A DNA stretch of 64,000 nt from Kiritimatiellia bacterium (GTDB lineage Bacteria > Verrucomicrobiota > Kiritimatiellia > JAAZAB01), in assembly GCA_040767085.1 (NCBI GenBank), contig JAXGPF010000008.1, positions 192,001 to 256,000 on the forward strand, written 5' to 3'. The notes beneath the pieces are model-generated. The model worked only from the letters and a program-made list of their open reading frames with translations, was not told the DNA's origin and searched no databases. Below, one piece after another: positions 8,151-17,684 of this stretch (its first letter is position 1; the number at the start of each line of letters is the position of its first letter). Made by a program: the position numbers and the translations under genes.

Positions 8151-10085
8151 ATGCATCGTTCGTTCTATCGTATCCCTGTTGACTTTGCCCTGGCGTTGCT
8201 TGGAATCTGGGCGGCGGTGCTGTTGCCGGCCCCTTGGGCGCGGGGCGGGCTGGTGGTGGAGCCGGCGAGTTTTTCGCGGGCGGTGATGGCGGGGATAAAT
8301 TTGGAAGAGGACGAGCTGCGGCTGACGAACGCGAGCGCGAGCGGGACGGTGTATTACGGGGCCGCGGTGACGGCGGGCGTGGGCTGGCTGGGTCTGGGGG
8401 CGCCGGCGCAGTGGTCGTTGGCGCCGGGCGGGGAGGGGACGCTGGCGGTGACGTACAGCACGGCGGGGCTGGCGACGGGGCAATACAGCGGCAAAATACT
8501 TTTGACGAACGCGGTGGTGGAAGGCTTGGAGACGAATGAAGGCGCGCCGCGGGAGGTGCCGGTGCTGTTGCAGGTGAATCCGCGGCCGGAGTTGCAGGTG
8601 AGCGCGACGGTGATCAGCAACATGGCGAGCGAGGGAGAGGATGCGGAGCCGCGGATCTTCCAGGTATGGAACGGGAGCGGGTATTACACATTGAACTACA
8701 GCATTGCCGACGATGCGCCGTGGGTGATTCCGAGCGTGAGCGCCGGGAGTTGCACGACGGAGCACGATGTGATCGGCCTGGATTACAGCACGGCGGGCCT
8801 GGCGGCGGGGAGTTACACGGGGCGTGTGACGGTGACGGCGGCGGAGCCGGTGGGGGGGGTGAAGTCGCGGGTGATCGTGCTGCGGCTGGAGGTCACGGGT
8901 CTGGCGGGATTGGGTTGCGACGGGTCGGCGCAGGCGTACGATCTGCGGCTGGGCGAAGGCGCGGCGGAAGGTAGTTTCAAGGTATGGAATACGGGGATGA
9001 GCGCTGGGACGTCGCTGCGGTGGAGCGCGGCGTTGGCCTCGGGGGCCGCGCCGTGGTTGAGTCTGAGTCCGAGCGCGGGGGAAGCGGGGGCGGGTGGGGC
9101 GAAGCAGACGGTGCGGGTGCGGTGCGATCCGGCGGGGATGGAGCCTGGGAGTTACAGTGCGCTGGTGCGGGTTTCCGGGGTGGACACGCTGACGGGGCAG
9201 GCGGCGCGTGGTTCGCCGCATGACATTTACGTGAGCCTGCTGGTGCGGGCGGGGGACCGGCTGCATTTTGGCGGGGATTACGGTTCGTCGCTGATCGTGT
9301 ACGGCGCAGAAACGGGCTACTGGGGGTTGGGCGATTTGAGCGGGGAACAGTATTGGACGTGGTTTGGCGGGTACGGGTACGCGCCGGCGCCCGGTGATTA
9401 CGATGGTGACGGGGTGGCGGAACTGGGGGTGTACCGGGCATCCAGCGGGGGATGGTATTGGCGGAAAGCGGGGAGCGAGAACATATACCTGCTGGGGAAC
9501 TGGGGCGGGCCCGGGTGCCAGCCGGTGCAGGGCGACTTTGACGGGGATGGGCGGCAGGATTTCGTATTGTACCACGAGGGGCAGGGGCAGTGGTATGCGC
9601 TGTTGTCGGCGTACGGGTACCAGGGGGTGCAGGTGTCCTTCGGCGGGCCGGGATACGCGGCGGTGCATGGCGACTTTGACGGGGACGGGCTGGCGGACCC
9701 GGCATTGTACCATGCAGGGCAGGGCGTCTGGCAAGGGCTGGTGTCGAGCCTGGGCTACAAGTATGTGCAGGGGGCGTTCGGCGGGCCGGGGTACCAGGGG
9801 CTGGCGGGCGACTTTGACGGCGACGGCCGGACGGACTTGTGCTTGTACCATACGAGCGGCCGGTGGTATATCCTGTCGGTGGACGGCCGGGTGCTGTTGA
9901 ATGGCGACTGGTGGGGCGGACCGGGCTGGACGCCGGCGGTGGCGGACTACGACGGCGACGGCGCGGATGACCTGGCGGTGTACGATGAGGCGGGCGGCCG
10001 CTGGCGCATCCGCCGGCGCAACGGGACAACTCTCGCCTGGGACATGCCCCTTGGCGGCTACGGCTACCAGGCCGTCGGTAAATGA
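8151..10085 (+). CDS. Secreted protein: three BACON-like Ig domains plus FG-GAP/VCBS beta-propeller
   Basis: Signal peptide; repeated ...W[LV]...YSTAGLAxGxYxGxI modules; five GD[YF]DGDG-type repeats plus one degenerate; RBS gaggtg before ATG 8151. Confidence 0.8.
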   Translation: MHRSFYRIPVDFALALLGIWAAVLLPAPWARGGLVVEPASFSRAVMAGINLEEDELRLTNASASGTVYYGAAVTAGVGWLGLGAPAQWSLAPGGEGTLAVTYSTAGLATGQYSGKILLTNAVVEGLETNEGAPREVPVLLQVNPRPELQVSATVISNMASEGEDAEPRIFQVWNGSGYYTLNYSIADDAPWVIPSVSAGSCTTEHDVIGLDYSTAGLAAGSYTGRVTVTAAEPVGGVKSRVIVLRLEVTGLAGLGCDGSAQAYDLRLGEGAAEGSFKVWNTGMSAGTSLRWSAALASGAAPWLSLSPSAGEAGAGGAKQTVRVRCDPAGMEPGSYSALVRVSGVDTLTGQAARGSPHDIYVSLLVRAGDRLHFGGDYGSSLIVYGAETGYWGLGDLSGEQYWTWFGGYGYAPAPGDYDGDGVAELGVYRASSGGWYWRKAGSENIYLLGNWGGPGCQPVQGDFDGDGRQDFVLYHEGQGQWYALLSAYGYQGVQVSFGGPGYAAVHGDFDGDGLADPALYHAGQGVWQGLVSSLGYKYVQGAFGGPGYQGLAGDFDGDGRTDLCLYHTSGRWYILSVDGRVLLNGDWWGGPGWTPAVADYDGDGADDLAVYDEAGGRWRIRRRNGTTLAWDMPLGGYGYQAVGK

Positions 10086-10251
10086 AATCGGCGGCCCAAG
10101 GCGGCGGGGGAAGGCGTGAAACCGCGCGCGGGTGATTATGGCGATCACACCCGGTTTTGGCGGCGTTATCTTGCATCGCCGCTGTTCGCCGACCTGGAGT
10201 AATCCGGAATATTTGGCTTGCTTTTTTTGGTCTTTCATGTGAATATTTTGT

Positions 10252-10269
10252 TCAGATTATTTGATCTGA
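10252..10269. promoter_or_regulatory. Candidate operator palindrome upstream of the DeoR regulator
   Basis: TCAGAT-N6-ATCTGA in the AT-rich region ending 14 nt before the ATG. Confidence 0.35.
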
Positions 10270-10282
10270 TTGTGCAAGTATT

Positions 10283-11065
10283 ATGAAGCCGGATAAACGC
10301 CAGCAGCAAATCATGGAGCGTTTGCGCGCAGTGCCGCAGGAATGGGGCGTGGCCGAGTTGGCGCAGGCCATGCAGGTGTCGCCCCTGACCATCCGGCGCG
10401 ATTTGGATGTCCTGGAAAAAAACGGGGCGATCGTCCGCACCATCGGCGGCTGCCTGGCCGTCTGGCGGTTGCATCATGCGGATTACCAGCGCCGCGTGGC
10501 GCATAATTTCGAGTTGAAACAAGCGATCGGGCGCGCCGCGGCCCGGGAAGTCCGGCCCGGTGATGTCCTGCTGATCAACGACGGTTCGACGGCTTACCAC
10601 CTGGCTTCCTGTCTCGGCGCGCGCGGACCTTTGTCGGTTTATACCAATTCCGTGGCGATGATCGGCGAATTGCGCCGGTTTGACAATGTGCGCTTGTACA
10701 TCCTGGGCGGCGCATACAACGTCCGCCTTTCGTTCATGTCCGGCGCCCTGCTGCAGAAGGCGCTGGAAAACCTGGCGGCCGATGCGGCGTTTGTCGGCGC
10801 GGACGCGATTGACGACCGGGGGCGGTGCCTGACGCTGGACCAGGAAACCGCGCGCACGGCGGAGTTGATGTTGCGCCATGCCCGCCGCAAGATTTTGCTG
10901 GCCGACCACACCAAAATCCAGAACCGCGGGGGAGTGGCCTACGGCTCGCTGCGGGATTTCGACTTGTGGATCACCTCGGCCGGCGCCGGGATGAAAACCA
11001 TGCGGCCATTGAAAAAAATGACGCGCGTCATGGCGGTGGCGGCCGCCGGCGCGGCGCCTGGTTGA
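10283..11065 (+). CDS. DeoR/GlpR family transcriptional regulator
   Basis: RQQQI...VSPLTIRRDL HTH; KQAIG, DGST, TNS, LADHTK sugar-phosphate sensor domain. Confidence 0.92.
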   Translation: MKPDKRQQQIMERLRAVPQEWGVAELAQAMQVSPLTIRRDLDVLEKNGAIVRTIGGCLAVWRLHHADYQRRVAHNFELKQAIGRAAAREVRPGDVLLINDGSTAYHLASCLGARGPLSVYTNSVAMIGELRRFDNVRLYILGGAYNVRLSFMSGALLQKALENLAADAAFVGADAIDDRGRCLTLDQETARTAELMLRHARRKILLADHTKIQNRGGVAYGSLRDFDLWITSAGAGMKTMRPLKKMTRVMAVAAAGAAPG

Positions 11066-11176
11066 AGTTTGCATAACATACAAGGGCGCAAGCGAGGCTG
11101 CCGGCGGACTCGGCATTGATGCCGCCGGCGGCCATTACGCAATCGCGGGGATGATCCCGCTGCAAGGGGGGAGACA

Positions 11177-12553
11177 ATGCAAGGAAAGATTAAAATTGAT
11201 TGGGCGAAAGTCGATTTAAAAAAGTATCCGCGGCTGGCGAGCGCGGAAATCCCGGGGCCGCGTTCAGTGGAAATGCACCAGCGCGCGGCGCAGATCATGA
11301 AGGGCTATTCCGGCCAGGTCAAACTGTTCCCGGTGGTGTTCGAAAAGGGGCACGGCGTCACCCTGACCGATGTGGACGGCAATATTTACCTGGATTTTTC
11401 GTCCGGCATCTATGTCACCACGCTCGGTCATTGCCACCCGAAGGTCTCGGAAGCCGTGCAGAAATATGCCGGGCAGCTGATGAACTGCCACGATTTCACC
11501 ACGCCCATTAAATTGGAACTGCTTGAAAAGCTGGCCGGCATCCTGCCGGGCGACCTGTCCGGCGTGCAGTTGTACGACAGCGGCACCACGGCGGTGGAAG
11601 CCGGCTTGCGGGTCTGCCGCATGGCCACCGGCAAGCATGAGTTGCTTTCCTGTTACGGCGATTTCCACGGCAAAAGCGGGCATGCGGTCAGCCTGGCGCG
11701 CATGAATCGCGCCAACGGGCCGACGCGCACGCCCGGTTTTTACATGATGCCGCGTCCGAATCCGTACCGGCCGTTGTTTAAAAAACCTGACGGGACGATT
11801 GATACCGACGCCTACCTGTCTTTTTATGACGAATTCATTAAGGAGGCCACCACCGGCCAGGTGGCGGCGATCGTGCTGGAGCCCATCCAGGGCTGGGCCG
11901 GCTCGGTCTTTCCTCCTGACGATTTCTTCCCCAAACTGCGCCGGTGGTGCGACGCGCGCAAGATCCTGCTCTTTGCCGACGAAGTCCTGACTTCCATGGG
12001 GCGCACCGGCAAGTTCCTGGCCATGGAGCACTGGGATACCCTGCCGGACGTGGTGACGCTCGGCAAAGGTTTCGGCAACGGGTTCCCGGTGACCGCCATG
12101 GTCGTCCGCAAGCCTTACGCCGAGGCGGTGGAATCCATCAGCGCCTCCACCAGTTACGGCGGCAATCCGATGGCCTGCGCCGCGGCGCTGGCCTCCATCG
12201 TGGCGATCGAAGAGGAAGGCCTGCTGGAAAACGCCAAACGGCTTGAGGATTATTTTATCCCGCGCCTGGAAAAAATGAAACAGGCGCATCCCATCATCGG
12301 CGATGTCCGCTGCAAGGGCTGCCTGATGGGCATCGAATTGGTCAAGGACCGCGCTGCCAAGACGCCGTTTGACGAGGCGGGCCGGCAGGTATATCAACGC
12401 GCCTTCCGCAAGGGGTTGGCCTGGATTCCGGCCGGCCACATCCTGCGCATGAGCCCGCCGATCGTGATGGACTTGGAGACCGCCGCCAAGTGCATGGATA
12501 TGATCGACGAAGCCATCGGCGAGACGGAGCGCGACTTGGGATACGGCGGATAG
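11177..12553 (+). CDS. Class-III PLP aminotransferase (GabT/ArgD-like)
   Basis: DVDGNIYLDF, LGHCHP, FHG, LEPIQG, FADEVLTSMGRTG, PDVVTLGKGFGNG, YGGNP. Confidence 0.92.
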   Translation: MQGKIKIDWAKVDLKKYPRLASAEIPGPRSVEMHQRAAQIMKGYSGQVKLFPVVFEKGHGVTLTDVDGNIYLDFSSGIYVTTLGHCHPKVSEAVQKYAGQLMNCHDFTTPIKLELLEKLAGILPGDLSGVQLYDSGTTAVEAGLRVCRMATGKHELLSCYGDFHGKSGHAVSLARMNRANGPTRTPGFYMMPRPNPYRPLFKKPDGTIDTDAYLSFYDEFIKEATTGQVAAIVLEPIQGWAGSVFPPDDFFPKLRRWCDARKILLFADEVLTSMGRTGKFLAMEHWDTLPDVVTLGKGFGNGFPVTAMVVRKPYAEAVESISASTSYGGNPMACAAALASIVAIEEEGLLENAKRLEDYFIPRLEKMKQAHPIIGDVRCKGCLMGIELVKDRAAKTPFDEAGRQVYQRAFRKGLAWIPAGHILRMSPPIVMDLETAAKCMDMIDEAIGETERDLGYGG

Positions 12554-12727
12554 GGGCAGAGGGGCAAAGGCACAGAGGGGCAGAGGATAGAGGCACAAAG
12601 GGGCAGAGAGGTGCAAAGGCAGCAGGGCAAAGAGAAAAGATGAAGCAATCCGTCTATGATCCTTTAATCCTATGATCCTTTGCCCCTCTTCTGGTGCCTA
12701 TGATCCTTTGATCCTTTGCCCCTTTAA
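12553..12727. repeat. Octamer micro-repeat hairpin element (gggcaRag units, core, ctttgccc/ctWtgatc units), copy 1
   Basis: Purine-rich 8-mer array, then a unique core, then a complementary pyrimidine-rich 8-mer array; 12638-12688 is 49/51 identical to 13980-14030. Confidence 0.8.
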
Positions 12728-12776
12728 ATGGTGTTCTTGCGTTTTAATGTCAAATATCCATAGAAAGCGGTTCAGT

Positions 12777-13916
12777 ATGCAATCATTCAGATTCGGAATT
12801 ATCGGCGCGGGATTGATGGGGCGGGAATTCGCCAGCGCGGCGGCGCGCTGGGCGCATTTGACGGACGGGCCGCCGCGTCCGGAAATCGCGGCCGTCTGCG
12901 ACCGCAATCCTGCGATATTCGCGTGGTATCGCGCCAATTTCCCGCAGATCGGGTTTTATACCCCCGATTACCGGGAATTGCTGGCGCGGCCGGATCTTGA
13001 CGCGGTCTACGTCGCGGTGCCGCACAATCTCCATGCGGAAATTTACTGCGCGGCGATCCGGGCCGGCAAGCACCTGATGGGCGAGAAGCCGTTCGGCATC
13101 GACCTGGCCGCCAATCAATCCATCCTGGCGTGTTTGCGCGGCCAGCCCGGCGTGACGGCGCGCTGCGCCTCGGAATTTCCGTTCTTCCCGGCGATGCAGC
13201 GCATCTGCGCCATGCTGGAAGCCGGCGCCTTCGGCCGCATCATCGAAGTCAATGCCGCGTTCATGCATTCCAGCGACCTGGATCCGGAAAAACCCATCAA
13301 CTGGAAGCGCATGGTGGAAATCAATGGCGAGTATGGCGTCATGGGCGATCTGGGGATGCACGTCTGCCACGTGCCCTTCCGCGCCGGCTGGCGCCCGCTT
13401 AACGTGCGGGCGGTTTTGTCCAATATTGTCCCGGAACGCCCCGACGGCAAAGGCGGGCGCGTTCCCTGCCGGACCTGGGATAACGCCATCATGCTGTGCG
13501 AGACGGCCGATCGGGATGGCAAAATTTTTCCCATGACGCTCAAGACCCAGCGGATTGCGCCGGGCGAGAAGAACACCTGGCGCTTTGAAATTCTCGGCGT
13601 CAAAGCCTGCGCCCGGTTTTCCACCAAGAATCCCAAATTGCTCGAGTTGCTGGAATACAAGGGCGGAGAACAAGTCTGGCAGCAGATTGACATGGGGTAT
13701 GAGACGGCCTTCCCGACGGTCACCGGTGGGATTTTCGAATTCGGGTTTACCGACGCCATCCAGCAGATGTGGGCGGCATTCCTGTTTGAACTTGCGCACC
13801 GGAAACCGAAAGCCAGGTTCGCCGGATGCGTTACGCCGGAAGAAACGGCGTTGAGCCACAAATTGTTCACCGCCGCCCTGCAGTCGCAGGCGGAAAGTAA
13901 AGTGGTGGAGCTGTGA
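12777..13916 (+). CDS. Gfo/Idh/MocA family oxidoreductase
   Basis: FGIIGAGLMG, GKHLMGEKPFG, GDLGMH; the ORF extension to 12672 only reads through the repeat. Confidence 0.9.
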   Translation: MQSFRFGIIGAGLMGREFASAAARWAHLTDGPPRPEIAAVCDRNPAIFAWYRANFPQIGFYTPDYRELLARPDLDAVYVAVPHNLHAEIYCAAIRAGKHLMGEKPFGIDLAANQSILACLRGQPGVTARCASEFPFFPAMQRICAMLEAGAFGRIIEVNAAFMHSSDLDPEKPINWKRMVEINGEYGVMGDLGMHVCHVPFRAGWRPLNVRAVLSNIVPERPDGKGGRVPCRTWDNAIMLCETADRDGKIFPMTLKTQRIAPGEKNTWRFEILGVKACARFSTKNPKLLELLEYKGGEQVWQQIDMGYETAFPTVTGGIFEFGFTDAIQQMWAAFLFELAHRKPKARFAGCVTPEETALSHKLFTAALQSQAESKVVEL

Positions 13917-14055
13917 AAAGAGGGGCGGAGGGGCCGGTAAAGGGGCAGAGGATCAGAGGGGCAGATGGGCAGAGTGAAGAGATGAAGCAATCCGTCTATG
14001 ATCCTTTGATCCTATGAACCTTTGCCCCTCCTCCGGGCGCCTGCGGGCCTATGAT
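13914..14055. repeat. Octamer micro-repeat hairpin element, copy 2
   Basis: aggggcag/aggatcag array, core agatgaagcaatccgtctatg, then atcctttg/cctttgcc array. Confidence 0.8.
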
Positions 14056-14079
14056 TCACATAACAATAAAAGGGAAAAA

Positions 14080-14889
14080 ATGCAGAACATAAAATTCGAG
14101 CGGTTGTTCAATCGCGGGGAGCGGGCGGTGATCGTGGCCATGGATCACTGCGAGTTCGACGGGCCGATTCCGGGGATGATCAATCTGGCCGAGACGGCGG
14201 CCAGGGTTGATCCGGTGGTGGACGGCATCCTGATGTCCCCGGCCATGCTGCCGCATTGCCGGAAGGCTTTTAATTACAAGGGCGCGCCCTTGGCGGTCGT
14301 CCGTTTGAATTGGAGCACGGTGTACTGCTACCAGTGGGAATACAAGGATGCCGTCACCGTGCCGGCCTTCAGCCCGGCGGAGGCTTTGCGGCTGGGCGCC
14401 GACGTGGCGCTGATTTCGCTGACACTGGAAACCGGCAGCGAGGCGAATGACGCCCGGAATGTCGAGGTGTTCCGCAAGCTTTGCGCCGAAGCCAAGGAGT
14501 TGGGCATGCCCGTGGTGGGCGAGTATTACCCGGCCGATCCGGACAATCTCACGGCGGAGGAGTTGCATGTCAAGGTGCATGCCTGCGCCCGGATCATCGC
14601 CGAACTGGGCGCCGACCTGATCAAGACTTTTTACACCTGCGATTTCAAGGCCGTCACCCGGAGCTGCCCGGTGCCGGTGCTGGGGCTGGGCGCGGCGCGC
14701 TGTCCGACGCAACTGGAGGCTTTGCAACTGGCGGCCGCCGAGGTGCGCGACGGCGCCGGCGGCGTGGTGTTCGGGCGCAATGCCGTGCAGGTGCGCGATC
14801 CGGGCGCGTTCCAGCGCGCTTTGTGCGATGTGGTCAAGCGCAATGTCCAGCCGGCCGCTGCCGTTCGCAAATACAAGTTGAAAGATTGA
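14080..14889 (+). CDS. Class I aldolase, DhnA/LsrF family
   Basis: VAMDH, ELGADLIKT (Schiff-base Lys), GVVFGRN. Confidence 0.85.
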   Translation: MQNIKFERLFNRGERAVIVAMDHCEFDGPIPGMINLAETAARVDPVVDGILMSPAMLPHCRKAFNYKGAPLAVVRLNWSTVYCYQWEYKDAVTVPAFSPAEALRLGADVALISLTLETGSEANDARNVEVFRKLCAEAKELGMPVVGEYYPADPDNLTAEELHVKVHACARIIAELGADLIKTFYTCDFKAVTRSCPVPVLGLGAARCPTQLEALQLAAAEVRDGAGGVVFGRNAVQVRDPGAFQRALCDVVKRNVQPAAAVRKYKLKD

Positions 14890-14955
14890 TATGGCGCCGG
14901 TGTGCCGGTATGCAAAAAAAAAGGCGGGGCGGCCCGAAGATCGCAGGAAGTGGAT

Positions 14956-16101
14956 ATGACATTCAAAGCGAATGCGCAGTTGGCGCTGGACACCATCCGC
15001 GGCTTGCCCTGCCAGGGCATTCCTTCGTATACGCTGTTCCTGATGGAACACAGCCTGATTGAAAAAATGGCGGGCGCCCCGCCCGGCGCCTATGCCGCCG
15101 CGCCCGAAAGGACCTACCTGGCAATGCAGCGCCGGGCCGGCACCTGCCTGATAGACCAGTATATCCCCCGCAATCCCCTGACCATCGGCAACTCCGGTTA
15201 TGATTCCGGCCAGCCGCGCACGGCCACCACCGGTTTGCAGCAAATTACCCTCGATGGCATGCTCATCGATTCGCCGGAAGCCGTGGTTGCGCACATGGAG
15301 CAGAAGGTTTTTCCGAAAAAGCGGGCGGATTTGGCCGGGATCACGGCCGGCCTGGATGCCTACACGCGCGACGCCGCGGCCAAACTGCTGCTGGGCGAAA
15401 GCGGCATCCAGGCGGAGATCGGCGGCGATATCCTCAAGGCGCCCTATAACCGGGTGGCTTTCCCGCGGCTGGCATATAATCAATACGGGTATGAAAACTA
15501 TTTCATGGCGTACGCGCTTTACCCGGAGGTCATGGAAAAAGGATTTGCGCTGGATGCCGATATCGCGGTGCATGCGAACCGCGCCGTGGCGCAGGCTTTC
15601 GCGGAGGGCAAGTTGCCGCCGTTGAATCGCATGGATTACGACATGGCCGACTCGCGCGGGACGCTGGTGGACATCAAATCGCTGGATAAAATCTGGTTCC
15701 CGCATTTCGCCCGCGCGATCGAGCCGATGCTGCAAACGGACGTCAAACTGATCTGGCATTGCGACGGCAATTTGATGCAGATGGTGCCGCGCCTGCTGGA
15801 GTGCGGCTTGCGCGGATTCCAGGGGTTTCAGTATGAAGACGGCATGGACTACGAAAAAATCTGCCGGATGAAAGCGCGCGACGGCGGCAGCCTGTTCATC
15901 ATCGCCGGGGTGTCCGTCACCCGGACGCTGCCGATGGGCAAACCCGCCGACGTCAAACGGGAAATGCAATGGCTGGTCGAGCATGGTCCGCGGACCGGGT
16001 TGTTCCTGGGCGTCAGCAGTTCGGTCGCGCCCGGCGTGCCATGGGAAAATTTGCAGACACTGATCGAAGGTCTTGATTACTACCGGAGCCGCGGACGATG
16101 A
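14956..16101 (+). CDS. Uroporphyrinogen decarboxylase (UroD/MtaA-CmuA)-like TIM-barrel protein, function unknown
   Basis: DYDMA, WHCDGN, GVSVTRTLPMGKPADV, SSSVAPGVPWEN C-terminal pattern. Confidence 0.7.
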   Translation: MTFKANAQLALDTIRGLPCQGIPSYTLFLMEHSLIEKMAGAPPGAYAAAPERTYLAMQRRAGTCLIDQYIPRNPLTIGNSGYDSGQPRTATTGLQQITLDGMLIDSPEAVVAHMEQKVFPKKRADLAGITAGLDAYTRDAAAKLLLGESGIQAEIGGDILKAPYNRVAFPRLAYNQYGYENYFMAYALYPEVMEKGFALDADIAVHANRAVAQAFAEGKLPPLNRMDYDMADSRGTLVDIKSLDKIWFPHFARAIEPMLQTDVKLIWHCDGNLMQMVPRLLECGLRGFQGFQYEDGMDYEKICRMKARDGGSLFIIAGVSVTRTLPMGKPADVKREMQWLVEHGPRTGLFLGVSSSVAPGVPWENLQTLIEGLDYYRSRGR

Positions 16102-17582
16102 AAAACACCAAGGTTAAGCTCAAGAAATCAGGTAAGATGGATTTCGGCAGAAAGCTGAAACTGGGCATTTGGGGCCTGGGCCGGGGCCGCGCCTTTTATC
16201 AATCCTGCGCCGCGGTCGGATTCGAAATTGTCGCCGGCTGCGATTATAATCCAGACATGCGGAAAAATTTCACCGCGCAGAATCCGCAGGCCATGGTTAC
16301 GGATGATGATCGAAAATTTCTCGATTACGACATGGATGCGGTCTTGCTGGCCACCTACTGCCCGGCGCATGCCGATGACGCCATCCGCTGCCTCAGGGCC
16401 GGGAAACACGTGCTTTCGGAAGTCACCTCGTTCCATACCATGGCCGAAGGCGTGCGCCTGGTGGAGGCCGTTGAAAAAAGCGGCCTGGTTTACAACCTGG
16501 CGGAAAATTATCCCTTCACCAAGACCAACATGTGGCTGGCGCAAAAGTACCGGGAAGGCTTGTTCGGCGAATTGATGTACGCCGAATTCGAATATGTTCA
16601 TAATTGCATTTCGCTGGGGTACACCTATCTGTTCGGCAACCCGATAGTTCCAGGCAATACTGTTCACAACTGGCGCAGTTGGCTCAACCTGCATTATTAC
16701 AACACCCATTCGCTGGGCCCCATGATGATCATCAGCGGCCAGCGCCCCACCCGGATTGTCGCCTTGCCCAGCCGGCATTCCGTGCCGGGGGTGTTAAGAC
16801 ACGGGCCGGCGGACAAAGGCGGGGTGGCCGCGTCCCTGATTACATTAGCCGGCGGCGCGGTGGTGCGCAACCTGATGGGTGAAATGTCCAGCGATACCCA
16901 TCAGCAGCGACTGTGGGGCACGCTGGGCGCGGCCGAAGTGGAAGGATACGGGGGCAACGGGGAAATCAAACTGCGCCTGGGCGGCATGCCCACCGGGCCG
17001 AAGATGAAGGTGACGGTGGATTGGCCGGCCATGGGCGAGATTGCCAAACTGACCGGCCATGGCGGCGGCGATTTCTGGGTGTTGTATTATTTTGCCCGTG
17101 AAATCCGGGATGGCATCCCGGCGCCCTTCGATATTTATACCGCCGCCGATTGCACCGCCGCCGGCATACTCGGATACCGTTCCGCGGTGGAAAACGGCCG
17201 GGCTTACGACATTCCCGATTTCCGGCGGAAAAGCGCGCGCGCCCGCTGGCGCAATGACAACTTTGCCATGCCGCGCTATGACGTCCGGCAGGGATGTTTC
17301 CCCCGGCGCGCCGATCCCGCAATCACCCGTCATTTCAGCAAAACCATGGCGGATATGATCAGGTATTCCAATCTCCAGCGCTGCGTGCATGATTGGGAAC
17401 AGGCGCAGGCCAATCTTTGTCCCGAGGACCGCGAGAAATATCTGGCATTAAAAGACAAGCTTCAGCAGCAATCGCCGGATATCCGTAAAACCCGGCGCAT
17501 GGCTGCAAAGATCGTGAATGCCTATCCGCGCAGCGATGGCGCGCGCGTCTTGCGGGAAGTCCTGGCGAAAATGTCGGAATAA
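16098..17582 (+). CDS. Gfo/Idh/MocA family oxidoreductase with C-terminal extension
   Basis: LGIWGLGRG, GKHVLSEV, AENY, YNTHSLGP, GHGGGDF; ATGA overlap with the upstream gene. Confidence 0.88.
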   Translation: MKNTKVKLKKSGKMDFGRKLKLGIWGLGRGRAFYQSCAAVGFEIVAGCDYNPDMRKNFTAQNPQAMVTDDDRKFLDYDMDAVLLATYCPAHADDAIRCLRAGKHVLSEVTSFHTMAEGVRLVEAVEKSGLVYNLAENYPFTKTNMWLAQKYREGLFGELMYAEFEYVHNCISLGYTYLFGNPIVPGNTVHNWRSWLNLHYYNTHSLGPMMIISGQRPTRIVALPSRHSVPGVLRHGPADKGGVAASLITLAGGAVVRNLMGEMSSDTHQQRLWGTLGAAEVEGYGGNGEIKLRLGGMPTGPKMKVTVDWPAMGEIAKLTGHGGGDFWVLYYFAREIRDGIPAPFDIYTAADCTAAGILGYRSAVENGRAYDIPDFRRKSARARWRNDNFAMPRYDVRQGCFPRRADPAITRHFSKTMADMIRYSNLQRCVHDWEQAQANLCPEDREKYLALKDKLQQQSPDIRKTRRMAAKIVNAYPRSDGARVLREVLAKMSE

Positions 17583-17585
17583 CAA

Positions 17586-17674
17586 AATTTTGGAGCCGGG
17601 TCGCCCCCGTCCCGGCACCAGAGCGGGAGTAAAGACATCAGAGCGGGACGGGGCGCGCGTCCCGGCTCTAATTT
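17586..17674. repeat. Inverted pair of REP-like palindromes (BIME-like doublet)
   Basis: tggagccgggtcgcccccgtcccggc faces gcgggacggggcgcgcgtcccggctcta; outer arms are complementary. Confidence 0.55.
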
Positions 17675-17684
17675 AAGGTGAAAA

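Noticed and set aside
9360..10085. Diversity-generating retroelement target in the FG-GAP repeats
   Set aside because: No reverse transcriptase and no template/variable repeat pair differing only at adenines in the window
12553..14055. Integron attC cassette or CRISPR interpretation of the repeated elements
   Set aside because: No RYYYAAC/GTTRRRY cores, no integrase or cas gene, and no regular repeat-spacer array
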